Below, in pieces: positions 7,290 to 16,105 of a stretch of DNA of 63,012 bases; the first letter of the stretch is position 1, and every line of letters starts with the position of its first letter. The stretch is from the NCBI GenBank assembly GCA_024232855.1, contig JAAEPH010000258.1, positions 1 through 63,012 of the forward strand. Direction: 5' to 3'. Source of the stretch: Gammaproteobacteria bacterium. Its GTDB lineage: Bacteria; Pseudomonadota; Gammaproteobacteria; GCA-001735895. The position numbers were made by a program, and so were the translations under genes. The notes beneath the pieces were generated by a model that was not told the origin of the DNA, ran no database searches, and saw only the letters and a program-made list of their open reading frames with translations.

Positions 7290-7748
7290 ATGCGATTAAC
7301 CACCAAAAGCCGTTACGCAGTGACCTCTCTGCTCGACCTCGTCATGCACTCCGAAAAGGGCCCCGTGTCGCTTGCCGGCATATCGGTGCGCCAGGGGATT
7401 TCACTATCCTACCTGGAGCAGTTGTTTGCCAAGATGCGGCGCAACAAGCTGGTCGTGAGTACGCGCGGCCCCGGGGGCGGTTATAGTCTGGGCGCCTCGC
7501 CCGATCAGGTCTGTATTGCCGATGTCATTAACGCGGTCGACGAAGAGATGCAGGTTGCCGACAAGGATCTCAACAATGCGTCGAGTGCTTACGAACCTTG
7601 CCTGACCGAACAATTGTGGGAAGAGTTGAGCGCCGAAATCGAAAATTTCCTGACGACCATATCGCTGACGGATATGATAAATAGCGACGAGGTTCGGGAA
7701 CTGTCCCGGGCCCACGATTTGCGCCAGGACCAGGCGGATTTACGGTAA
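7290..7748 (+). CDS. iscR: Rrf2-family regulator IscR homologue lacking most Fe-S cluster ligands
   Basis: MRLTTKSRYAVTSLLDL...ISLSYLEQLFAKMRRNKLVVSTRGPGGGYSL aligns colinearly with E. coli IscR. In the ligand region, C92 is K, C98 is S, C104 is conserved and H107 is E. I chose the ATG at 7290. Confidence 0.88.
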   Translation: MRLTTKSRYAVTSLLDLVMHSEKGPVSLAGISVRQGISLSYLEQLFAKMRRNKLVVSTRGPGGGYSLGASPDQVCIADVINAVDEEMQVADKDLNNASSAYEPCLTEQLWEELSAEIENFLTTISLTDMINSDEVRELSRAHDLRQDQADLR

Positions 7749-7753
7749 GCGAA

Positions 7754-8902
7754 ATGCCGGTGTACCTCGATCATAATGCAACCTCGCCGATGCATCCGGA
7801 AGTGGCGGAGGCAATTCTGCCGTTTCTGCGGAATCCGCCGGCAAATCCGTCGAGTCTGCACAGTTACGGGCGCATGGCGCGCTCCGCGGTGGAGACGGCG
7901 CGAGCCCAGGTTGCCGAGCTGTTGCATTGCGGCAGCGATGATGTCGTATTTACCTCGGGTGGAACCGAGGCCAACAACCTGCTGTTAAAAGGTTACCTCG
8001 ATGCTAGCGACGACAGGCCGATCGTCAGTAGCGCAATCGAGCATCCCAGCATTTTGCAGCCGTTGCGACAGTTACAGGCGGCCGGGCGGAAGGTTATCTT
8101 GCTGCAACCCGATCACCAGGGCCGGATCGACCTCAGCGCGGCGGAATCGATTCTTGCCGATGCCAACCCCCAGCTGTTGTCGGTGATGTATGCCAATAAT
8201 GAAACCGGGGTAATTCAGCCGTTGCAGGCGCTGGCGGCAATGGTCGATCGCGAAAACTGCCTGTTGCACAGCGACGCCATCCAGGCTGTCGGCAAGTTAC
8301 CGGTCGATGTGACGCAACATGAGATCGACGCAATCAGTTTATCAGCGCACAAACTGCGCGGCCCCCAGGGTGTTGGCGCACTGGTGGTCAAGCGTAAGCC
8401 CGGGAGCCCGCTCATCACCGGCGGCGAGCAGGAACACAGGCGGCGTGGTGGTACCGAAAATGTTACCGGTATCGTCGGACTGGGTAAGGCTGCCGAGATC
8501 GCAAGCCTTGAAATGGAGCACAAGCAGCATTACTTGATGCAGCTGCGAGATGCCTTCGAAGCCCGCCTGGCAGGCATTCCGGGGTGCCTTGTATTTGGCC
8601 AGTCGGCGCCGCGCCTGCCCAATACTACCTGCTTCGCCCTGCCTTACTATCACGGCGAAACCCTTTTGATGGAAATGGACCGGGCAGGGTTTGCGCTGTC
8701 CAGCGGGTCGGCCTGCCATAGCATGGTCACCGAACCCAGTCACGTTCTCAAGGCCATGGGGGTTGAAGACAGTCTGGCGTTAAATGCAATAAGGGCTAGT
8801 TTCGGTATGGATAACAATCTGCAGGATGTCGAGGCCCTGTGTGCAAAACTTCAGGACCTGGTAGGCCGACTACCTGCCGTTATCCGACAGGCAGCGGTAT
8901 AG
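7754..8902 (+). CDS. iscS: Class I (IscS/NifS-type) cysteine desulfurase, short form (382 aa)
   Basis: PLP-lysine context [10 protein letters not shown]. Active-site loop SSGSACHS. It sits in the iscS position of the operon. It is ~20 aa shorter at the C-terminus than the 404-aa E. coli IscS. Confidence 0.88.
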   Translation: MPVYLDHNATSPMHPEVAEAILPFLRNPPANPSSLHSYGRMARSAVETARAQVAELLHCGSDDVVFTSGGTEANNLLLKGYLDASDDRPIVSSAIEHPSILQPLRQLQAAGRKVILLQPDHQGRIDLSAAESILADANPQLLSVMYANNETGVIQPLQALAAMVDRENCLLHSDAIQAVGKLPVDVTQHEIDAISLSAHKLRGPQGVGALVVKRKPGSPLITGGEQEHRRRGGTENVTGIVGLGKAAEIASLEMEHKQHYLMQLRDAFEARLAGIPGCLVFGQSAPRLPNTTCFALPYYHGETLLMEMDRAGFALSSGSACHSMVTEPSHVLKAMGVEDSLALNAIRASFGMDNNLQDVEALCAKLQDLVGRLPAVIRQAAV

Positions 8903-8913
8903 AGAGACAGTTA

Positions 8914-9237
8914 ATGGCAATTCATCTAAGCGATAAAGCGGCATCACGCGTGCAACATTTCCTGCAAAATCGTGGCAAGGGCATCGGTCTGCGCCTAGGG
9001 GTGAAAACCACAGGCTGCTCGGGTCTGGCCTATGTCATAGAGTTCGTCGATGAGCTCCAGGAAGGCGACGAAGTATTCGAAACCAAGGGTGTCAAGGTAG
9101 TTGTGGACGCGAAAAGCCTGGTGTTTCTGGATGGCACCGAAGTCGATTTCGCCAGGGTCGGCCTCAACGAGGGTTTTCAGTTTAAAAACCCCAACGCCAG
9201 GGATGCCTGCGGCTGTGGCGAGAGCTTCACCGTATAG
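8914..9237 (+). CDS. iscA: Iron-sulfur cluster assembly A-type carrier IscA
   Basis: [33 protein letters not shown]...CGCGESF (three conserved Cys). It starts 11 nt after the iscS stop, so there is no room for iscU. Confidence 0.92.
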   Translation: MAIHLSDKAASRVQHFLQNRGKGIGLRLGVKTTGCSGLAYVIEFVDELQEGDEVFETKGVKVVVDAKSLVFLDGTEVDFARVGLNEGFQFKNPNARDACGCGESFTV

Positions 9238-9254
9238 GCCGATCGACCAGTTCA

Positions 9255-9794
9255 ATGCAGTTCCCCGATCTCAGCCAGACCTATTTCGAGCTATTTGGCC
9301 TCAAACCGGTTTTCGCAATAGACCTGGACCAGTTGCGGGTCGAACAGCGGCGATTGCAGGCGAGTTATCACCCCGACCGCCACGTCAACGAGAGCGATCG
9401 TGACAAGCGCCTGTCGGTACAGGTTGCATCGTGGATCAACCAGGCCTACGAAACCCTGCGGGATCCGGTCAAGCGCTCGCGTTATCTGCTGGAAATCAAC
9501 GGCGCCGATTTTCCCGATGATTCCACAACCACTTCGGATACCCGCTTTTTAATGGAACAGATCGAATTGAGAGAAGCGCTCGAAGCCTGTCGGCAGGACC
9601 CGGACGGTCTCGCCAATAGTGAGCAAATCGAAGCCAGGTTGCGGCAACGGGAAGCCGAACTGGCAAGTGAATTCGTCGCCAGATTTTCAGCCTCCGACCT
9701 CGATGCGGCAATCGGCGCCAGCCAAAAAATGCAATTTATTCAACGCATTCAGCATCAGCTTGCCGAAATCCAGTTTGAACTGGAGGATTGTTGA
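9255..9794 (+). CDS. hscB: Co-chaperone HscB (J-domain)
   Basis: YFELFGL...[11 protein letters not shown]-domain with HPD, followed by a C-terminal helical domain. Confidence 0.92.
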   Translation: MQFPDLSQTYFELFGLKPVFAIDLDQLRVEQRRLQASYHPDRHVNESDRDKRLSVQVASWINQAYETLRDPVKRSRYLLEINGADFPDDSTTTSDTRFLMEQIELREALEACRQDPDGLANSEQIEARLRQREAELASEFVARFSASDLDAAIGASQKMQFIQRIQHQLAEIQFELEDC

Positions 9795-11665
9795 TGGCCC
9801 TGTTACAGATTTCAGAGCCGGGGCAGTCCGCCACTCCTCACCAGCATCGATCTTCAGCGGGGATCGATCTCGGCACCACCAATTCACTGGTGGCCACCGT
9901 ACGTAGCGGTGAAGCGGTATGTCTGCCGGATGAAGAGGGCCGTAGCCTGCTGCCATCGGTGGTTCATTTCGCAAGTTCCGGCAGACTGGTTGGTCACCAG
10001 GCGGAGGCCCTGCAAAACAGCGATCCGATGAACAGCATCGCTTCGATCAAGCGCCTGATGGGGCGCGGACAGGAAGATGTGTCCCGGCTCGACGATGTCA
10101 GGCCTTACGAATTCGTGACCCGGGCCGACAGCAGCGTTCCCAGAATCCATACGCGTGGCGGCGATTTCAGTGCGGTCGAGATATCCGCCGAAATTCTCAA
10201 GGTACTGGTGCAACGCGCCCGTCAAAGTATCAATTCCGAACTGGATGGGGTTGTCATCACCGTACCCGCTTACTTCGATGATGCGCAGCGACAGGCGACG
10301 CGGGATGCCGCGACGCTTGCCGGCTTAAACCTGTTTCGCCTGCTCAATGAGCCGACCGCGGCGGCGGTCGCCTATGGTCTTGATCAGAATGCCGATGGGT
10401 TGATCGCGGTTTTTGATCTCGGCGGGGGCACCTTCGATATATCGCTGCTGCGCCTTAACAGGGGCGTATTTGAAGTGCTGGCCACGGGCGGCGATTCGTC
10501 GCTGGGTGGCGATGATATGGATCATGCGCTCGGTGAATGGATAATTGCCGAGGCGGGTTTTAGCGATGTCGATGCGGGCCTGGCGCGGCGTATTTTACTG
10601 GCCGCGCGCGCCGCCAAGGAAAATTTGACCTGCGCCGAATCGACGCAGATCACGATCGATGACCGGAAGCATCAGTGGAGCGCAACCATCACTCGTGAAC
10701 GCTTCAATGAATTGATCCATGGCCTGGTCGCAAAAACCCTGACGGCCTGCCGGCGCGCGTTGCGAGACGCCGCTGTCAGCAAGTCCGAAATCGATGAAGT
10801 CGTCATGGTTGGCGGTTCGACACGCGTGCCCCTGGTGCAGTCCATGGTGGCCGAGTATTTTGAACGTAAACCCATGTGCGACCTCGATCCCGACAAGGTG
10901 GTCGCTCTTGGCGCCGCCATCCAGGCCGATATTCTTGCCGGCAACAAACCCGACAGCGATATGCTGTTACTCGACGTGCTGCCCCTGTCGCTGGGCATAG
11001 AGACCATGGGTGGATTGAGCGAAAAAATAATCACGCGCAACACGGCTATTCCGGTGGCGCGCGCGCAGGAGTTCACGACCTTCAAGGACGGCCAGACGGC
11101 AATGTCTGTCCACGTGGTTCAGGGCGAGCGCGAACTCGTTTCCGATTGCCGCTCGCTGGCGCGATTCGAATTGCGCGGGTTTCCGCCAATGACCGCAGGC
11201 GCTGCACGTATACGCGTTACCTACCAGGTGGACGCGGATGGACTCATGTCGGTTAGCGCCGAAGAAATCACCAGCGGAGTAGCGGCGGAAATCGTGGTCA
11301 AACCCTCTTACGGCCTGACCGATTCCGAGATCGAATCGATGTTACGCGCCTCGATGGATCACGCGCGTGAAGATATCGAGTTGCGCATGCACAAGGAACA
11401 ACAGGTCGAGGCGCGCAGGGTTATCGAGGCGATCGATGCCGCAATGAAACAGGATGGCGAAGCATTATTGACTGTTGACGAAAGTGCAAGCATCGAAAAG
11501 CATCGGCACAGCCTCGAGTCGGCCCTGGAAACCGCTGACACGGAAAAACTCAGGCGATTGGTCAGGGCCCTGGAAGAAGCGAGTGAGTTTTACGTCGCCA
11601 GGCGTATGGACAACAGCGTTAAGCAGGCGCTGGCCGGTAAACAAATTGACGAGGTTGATGTTTAA
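9794..11665 (+). CDS. hscA: Fe-S cluster chaperone HscA (Hsp70 family)
   Basis: [12 protein letters not shown]...[12 protein letters not shown] is nearly identical in pattern to the E. coli HscA N-terminus. The ATG at 9794 overlaps the hscB TGA by 1 nt. Confidence 0.95.
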   Translation: MALLQISEPGQSATPHQHRSSAGIDLGTTNSLVATVRSGEAVCLPDEEGRSLLPSVVHFASSGRLVGHQAEALQNSDPMNSIASIKRLMGRGQEDVSRLDDVRPYEFVTRADSSVPRIHTRGGDFSAVEISAEILKVLVQRARQSINSELDGVVITVPAYFDDAQRQATRDAATLAGLNLFRLLNEPTAAAVAYGLDQNADGLIAVFDLGGGTFDISLLRLNRGVFEVLATGGDSSLGGDDMDHALGEWIIAEAGFSDVDAGLARRILLAARAAKENLTCAESTQITIDDRKHQWSATITRERFNELIHGLVAKTLTACRRALRDAAVSKSEIDEVVMVGGSTRVPLVQSMVAEYFERKPMCDLDPDKVVALGAAIQADILAGNKPDSDMLLLDVLPLSLGIETMGGLSEKIITRNTAIPVARAQEFTTFKDGQTAMSVHVVQGERELVSDCRSLARFELRGFPPMTAGAARIRVTYQVDADGLMSVSAEEITSGVAAEIVVKPSYGLTDSEIESMLRASMDHAREDIELRMHKEQQVEARRVIEAIDAAMKQDGEALLTVDESASIEKHRHSLESALETADTEKLRRLVRALEEASEFYVARRMDNSVKQALAGKQIDEVDV

Positions 11666-12003
11666 TGACGAGGCTAATTATTTTGCCCCACGATGAAATC
11701 TGTCCGCAGGGTGCCGAGATTGATGCCGAACCGGGAATCAGCCTGTGCGATGCGATGCTCAAAAATGGCATCGAGATTGAGCATGCCTGCGAGAAATCCT
11801 GCGCCTGCACCACCTGTCATGTGTATGTGCGCGAAGGTTTCGATACGCTGGAAGAATCGAGCGAAGACGAGGACGATTATCTCGACAAGGCCTGGGGGCT
11901 GGACATGGATTCAAGGTTGAGTTGCCAGGCCATCGTTGGCGATGAACCACTTACCATCGAGATACCGAAGTACACCATCAATATGGTTTCCGAAAATCAC
12001 TGA
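11665..12003 (+). CDS. fdx: ISC-type [2Fe-2S] ferredoxin
   Basis: 112 aa. [12 protein letters not shown] ... LSCQ cysteine pattern. It sits in the conserved position after hscA. Confidence 0.93.
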   Translation: MTRLIILPHDEICPQGAEIDAEPGISLCDAMLKNGIEIEHACEKSCACTTCHVYVREGFDTLEESSEDEDDYLDKAWGLDMDSRLSCQAIVGDEPLTIEIPKYTINMVSENH

Positions 12004-12020
12004 GAGACCGGGAGCAGACA

Positions 12021-12221
12021 ATGAGCCTGATATGGACGGATACGCTTGAAATCGCAATCGAGTTGGCGGAGACGCATCCCGATGTCGATCCGCAATACGT
12101 TCGCTTCACCGACCTGCATGCCTGGATTTGTGCACTCGACGACTTTGATGCCGACCCCAGTCATTCCAATGAGAAAATACTGGAAGCCATTCAAATGGCC
12201 TGGATCGACGAAACTGATTGA
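12021..12221 (+). CDS. iscX: Fe-S assembly protein IscX (YfhJ)
   Basis: 66-aa acidic protein: [36 protein letters not shown]... Confidence 0.88.
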   Translation: MSLIWTDTLEIAIELAETHPDVDPQYVRFTDLHAWICALDDFDADPSHSNEKILEAIQMAWIDETD

Positions 12222-12430
12222 TTAAATAATAGTTAATTTATTGACACTAAATCGTCAGAAACCCGACACGGTTTTCGTGCTTAATCAAATACTTCGGTTG
12301 TATATTTAAGGTGGTTTGACCGTCTTTTCACTCACGCACCAAAATTATTTTCTAGTAACACTAAATCAATAAAAAACAAGTTTTACAAATACTTAAGATA
12401 GGTAGTTAATGCTAATTCTATAACCTGTTT

Positions 12431-12446
12431 TGTGAACTTGGTCACA
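12431..12446. promoter_or_regulatory. Perfect CRP/Clp-type box TGTGA-N6-TCACA
   Basis: TGTGAACTTGGTCACA, read directly. It lies 171 nt upstream of the RpfF-like gene start, in an AT-rich intergenic region. Confidence 0.5.
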
Positions 12447-12520
12447 GTTTGCTTGCAATCATTTTCCGAATCGGTAAATTATTGGTTACAAGCCACTATT
12501 AACAACAGTGGATAAATAAT

Positions 12521-12546
12521 TGAAATACAAGCAATTTTGTATTTCA
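12521..12546. promoter_or_regulatory. 10-bp perfect inverted repeat (operator or 5'-UTR hairpin)
   Basis: TGAAATACAA-GCAATT-TTGTATTTCA, located 71-96 nt upstream of the RpfF-like ATG. Confidence 0.4.
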
Positions 12547-12616
12547 AAATACCCGACCAAAGCGATAGCCGCATGCAATATTCGGTGAAGACATTCATAC
12601 TGGAGAGAGAAACTAT

Positions 12617-13489
12617 ATGAGTAACGTGGCGTATTTCAGCGAAGTTACGGCTGAGCAACAGTCCTATACGGACGAATCCCAACTAAAAACCCATTACGAC
12701 AGCAAGAATAAGATCGGTTGGTATATGATGAAAGGTGCGCCTCGGCCTTCATATACGAAACGATTGTTAAGCGACATTGACAATTTTTACCAGGCAGTAA
12801 AAAAGGAAATGGCTGATACCAATGGTGAAAAATATGACTACATCGTTCTGGGTTCAGTCGTTGAAGGGGTGTTCAGCCTGGGGGGCGATTTGAATTTGTT
12901 CAGTCACAATATTCGCAGCAAAGACAGGCACTCAATGATGGAGTATACCCGCCTGAGTATCGATCTTGTTTATCAAAACATGACTCATCTGGGTGAAAAT
13001 CTGACGACCATTTCACTGATCCAGGGAGAGGCCCTGGGTGGTGGTTTTGAATCGGCAATTTCTTCAAACATAGTGGTAGCTGAAAGAGGGTCCAAAATCG
13101 GTTTGCCGGAAGTAATGTTCAATCTCTTTCCTGGCATGGGTGCCTTTTCGGTGTTATCCAGAAAAATTGGAGTCGCCGCTGCCGAGAAAATGATTTTGAG
13201 TGGATGCCTGTATACCGCGGAGCAACTATACGACATGGGTGTCGTAGATATTCTGGCTGAGGAAGGAGATGGCGAGTTGGCAATCTATCGGTATATCAAA
13301 TCAGCACAAAAGAATATGAACTCGTATCGTGCTATGCGCCAGGTAAAAGACATCTGTAACCAGGTGAGCTACCAGGAACTGATTGATATAGGTGAGGTTT
13401 GGGCCGATGCGGCAATGAAGCTATCGGAGAAAGATTTACGCATGATGGAGCGACTCGTGCGTCGACAGAGTTCTCGTGAGTACAGTTAG
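12617..13489 (+). CDS. rpfF: RpfF-family DSF (cis-2-enoic fatty acid signal) synthase, crotonase superfamily
   Basis: GEALGGGFESA...GLPEVMFNLFPGMGAFSVLSRKIG..AEKMILSG.LYTAEQLYDMGVVD ... EVWADAAMKLSEKDLRMMERLVRRQ is colinear with the remembered Xanthomonas RpfF sequence, including both catalytic Glu contexts (GGGFE, LPEV). An AGAGAGA/GGAGAG Shine-Dalgarno sequence is upstream. Confidence 0.85.
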   Translation: MSNVAYFSEVTAEQQSYTDESQLKTHYDSKNKIGWYMMKGAPRPSYTKRLLSDIDNFYQAVKKEMADTNGEKYDYIVLGSVVEGVFSLGGDLNLFSHNIRSKDRHSMMEYTRLSIDLVYQNMTHLGENLTTISLIQGEALGGGFESAISSNIVVAERGSKIGLPEVMFNLFPGMGAFSVLSRKIGVAAAEKMILSGCLYTAEQLYDMGVVDILAEEGDGELAIYRYIKSAQKNMNSYRAMRQVKDICNQVSYQELIDIGEVWADAAMKLSEKDLRMMERLVRRQSSREYS

Positions 13490-13503
13490 CCCGCATCGCT
13501 CAC
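13487..13503 (+). repeat. Copy A of the stop-codon-abutting motif TAGCCCGCATCGCTCAC
   Basis: The TAG is the rpfF stop codon. The motif fills almost the whole 18-nt gap between the convergent rpfF and rpfC genes. The same 17-mer occurs on the minus strand at 60870-60886, and a 1-mismatch 21-mer at 36750-36770. Confidence 0.8.
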
Positions 13504-13507
13504 TGAT

Positions 13508-16105
13508 TTAAAGCTCGGTGTTTCTGGTCGGATATGGCTCATTGTTGATCGTCGTGGCAATATTAAATGCTTCGACGGTACTTCGAAAGTCTTCTTCTAC
13601 GCGTAAGCACATCTGTTTGATTGTTTCGCTATCCATGTCGTAGGGCTTTAACGCTTCGGCTTCTACACAGGTTGCTACAAGTTTGTTGGCGCCCAGTTCG
13701 GTGGCAGAACCCTTCAAAGCGTGCAGGTGCTCGCGATACTCGAGATAGTCGTCGTACATTGCTTGCTTGATATCCAAAACATGCTGAGCCCCTTCATTTT
13801 TAAAATGTGTGAACAGGGTCAGAATAAAGTCTGGATTATCGCCCAGCATATCCAGTTCGTGCAGCACCATATTGTCATACCACTCAGAGCTACAAAAGTT
13901 GCTGTGTAACGATCTTTTTGTGTCGCTTTTGGCGGCCGGCCTGGTGACTTTTTCCTTACGAATATTCTTAGACAACGAGGCAATACATCCAAGCAGATCA
14001 CGCGCATCGATGGGTTTGGTCAGGAATCGATTGGCACCTGCTTTTAGTGAAGCTTCCTTTGCCTCGGGAGTAGCATCCGCGGTCAACATGATAACGGGCA
14101 TCCTGCCCGTGGTATCCATAAACCGAAGCGATTTAACGACCTCAATACCGGTTATTTCAGGCATGTTCATATCCAGAATCAACATATCGATGTCATCGAG
14201 GTCCTCGCTCAGAAAATCGAGGGCAATATCGCCGCGGCTGGCAATGCGAACCGAATGCCCCGCTTTGCTGAGTATTCCTTCAATAACCTGCTGACTTACC
14301 ATGTTATCTTCCGCAACCAGAATTTCCAGACCAGAAACGCCGGCCTGTCTTGCATAGTGTTCAGCAATAGTGACGATTTTGCTGTCACTAAAGCTGACGC
14401 TTTGTGCCGCATGTAATGCGTTGAACAGGAGTCTTTTTTCTTCGGGGTTTGAGATAGTCGATATGTAGTAGAGATCTGACTTATTGGCCTCGATCATGGT
14501 TTCGGAAGAATTGATCAAGACCATCGAAGTATCGTCGAGCAGACCTTCGGAGCTAACCAGTTGGGCAAATTGAGCTGCGTTGATATCCGACAGGCATGAT
14601 TGATCAACGATGATGGTATCAAATCGTTTATCTTCTTCTTTGGCCTGGATCATTTGTGACAGGGCTCGCGTCGACGTCTTGACCCAGTCAAAATTAATCC
14701 GCCAGTTCTTCAATGATGGCCTGATGATATCGGCGGTTTCATCACTGGCCAGCAACAGTACGTGATTCTCCGAAATACTGGTTTCAGGATTCACGCTGGC
14801 GATGAAAGGTATTTCAAACCAGAAGGTAGATCCTTTGCCAACTTCACTTGAAATACCGATTTCGCCATCCATCAGTTCGACCAGATCCTTTGAAATGGTG
14901 GTGCCTAGTCCGGTGCCCCCATATGAACGACTTGTGCTGGCGTCAGCCTGGGTAAAGTTGTCGAATATTTTGTCGATGGATTCTTCGGCTATGCCGATGC
15001 CTGTGTCGGTGATTTCAAATCTGATTCTGGGATTGCTATCAGTTCCATCGGCGAGCCCGACTGACAATGCCACGGATCCTTTTTCGGTAAACTTGATGGC
15101 GTTGTTGACCAGGTTTATCAGCACCTGACGAAGATGTTGCTGATCTCCCTTGAGCGCGAAAGGAGTCTCCGGGTCAAACCTGCAAGATACCGTCAGACCT
15201 TTCTTTGAACCCTGGGGAGTCAGCATGTAGATAACGGAATTCACCAGGTCGTGTAAATCGAAGTTCCTTGAATCAACCAGGGTTTTACCGGCTTCGATCT
15301 TGGCGATATCCAGTACATTCTCTATCAGTTCCAGCAGCGTGTTAGCCGAGTTGTGCATGGTGCGTACCAGTTCTCTCTGCTCGTAACTCAGGTTTGTCTC
15401 GCGCAACAAATCACCCATACCAATGACACCGTTCAACGGTGTTCTGAGTTCATGGGACATGTTGGCAAGAAACTGACTCTTGGCTTCGCTTGCCTGTTTG
15501 GTCAGGGCGATGGCGGCCTGTAATTTCTTGATCAGGAATGCCGCGTATAGCGGCAACAGGCACAGCATCAGCAAAAGGCTGATGCCAAAGCTGCGGTGCA
15601 TTTGCCAGTATTCTCCCCATACTACGACTACCGTAAATCCTGCGATTGCGATCGCCTGCGAAACGTAGAGGTTGGTTAAACCAAAGCGAAAGCCATTTCC
15701 CAGTATTACCCACAGGTAGAGCAGAAACACTGGGACAACTTCTTCACCCGCAAAGAAGAACAGTACGGATAGTGACCCCATATCAAGGATTGCACCACAG
15801 ACGCGCCGCATTGTGGATTGCACGGGATTGACGACAATTGCGAGAAATAAAGCCCAGCCCAGGACCGTCCAGGTAAGCAGTATCTTGCTTCCCAGCGAAG
15901 TAATAACTTCCCTGAACTGCTCATCTGCACCCCAGGGAACACAGATATAGCTAACCAGCAGCAGGGCAATTACAATCCTTACCTTGGCCTGTTCAGGTTC
16001 AGAATCGCCTGTTCCCTTCAGCCTTTTGTTTAAACGGCCCATAAGGCCTGGGTTAGATTTATCGGATCGCATGTTGAGCATCAGAAGGCAATTATTCGCT
16101 GTCAC
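13508..16105 (-). CDS. rpfC: RpfC-like hybrid sensor kinase (multi-TM sensor, HisKA, HATPase, degenerate receiver-like linker, REC, Hpt)
   Basis: ~190-aa N-terminal region with several hydrophobic helices. H-box SHELRTPLNGVIGM. G-boxes DTGIGI, GGTGLGTTISK. Receiver ILVAEDN...MLILDMNMPEITG...MLTADA. C-terminal Hpt HLHALKGSATELGANKL. The start is uncertain (16105, 16081 or 16072). Confidence 0.85.
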   Translation of the reverse strand: MTANNCLLMLNMRSDKSNPGLMGRLNKRLKGTGDSEPEQAKVRIVIALLLVSYICVPWGADEQFREVITSLGSKILLTWTVLGWALFLAIVVNPVQSTMRRVCGAILDMGSLSVLFFFAGEEVVPVFLLYLWVILGNGFRFGLTNLYVSQAIAIAGFTVVVVWGEYWQMHRSFGISLLLMLCLLPLYAAFLIKKLQAAIALTKQASEAKSQFLANMSHELRTPLNGVIGMGDLLRETNLSYEQRELVRTMHNSANTLLELIENVLDIAKIEAGKTLVDSRNFDLHDLVNSVIYMLTPQGSKKGLTVSCRFDPETPFALKGDQQHLRQVLINLVNNAIKFTEKGSVALSVGLADGTDSNPRIRFEITDTGIGIAEESIDKIFDNFTQADASTSRSYGGTGLGTTISKDLVELMDGEIGISSEVGKGSTFWFEIPFIASVNPETSISENHVLLLASDETADIIRPSLKNWRINFDWVKTSTRALSQMIQAKEEDKRFDTIIVDQSCLSDINAAQFAQLVSSEGLLDDTSMVLINSSETMIEANKSDLYYISTISNPEEKRLLFNALHAAQSVSFSDSKIVTIAEHYARQAGVSGLEILVAEDNMVSQQVIEGILSKAGHSVRIASRGDIALDFLSEDLDDIDMLILDMNMPEITGIEVVKSLRFMDTTGRMPVIMLTADATPEAKEASLKAGANRFLTKPIDARDLLGCIASLSKNIRKEKVTRPAAKSDTKRSLHSNFCSSEWYDNMVLHELDMLGDNPDFILTLFTHFKNEGAQHVLDIKQAMYDDYLEYREHLHALKGSATELGANKLVATCVEAEALKPYDMDSETIKQMCLRVEEDFRSTVEAFNIATTINNEPYPTRNTEL

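Noticed and set aside
12479-12682. A 67-aa minus-strand ORF overlapping the rpfF start.
   Set aside because: It lies in the AT-rich leader and overlaps the well-supported rpfF start and its Shine-Dalgarno sequence. It has no recognisable features.
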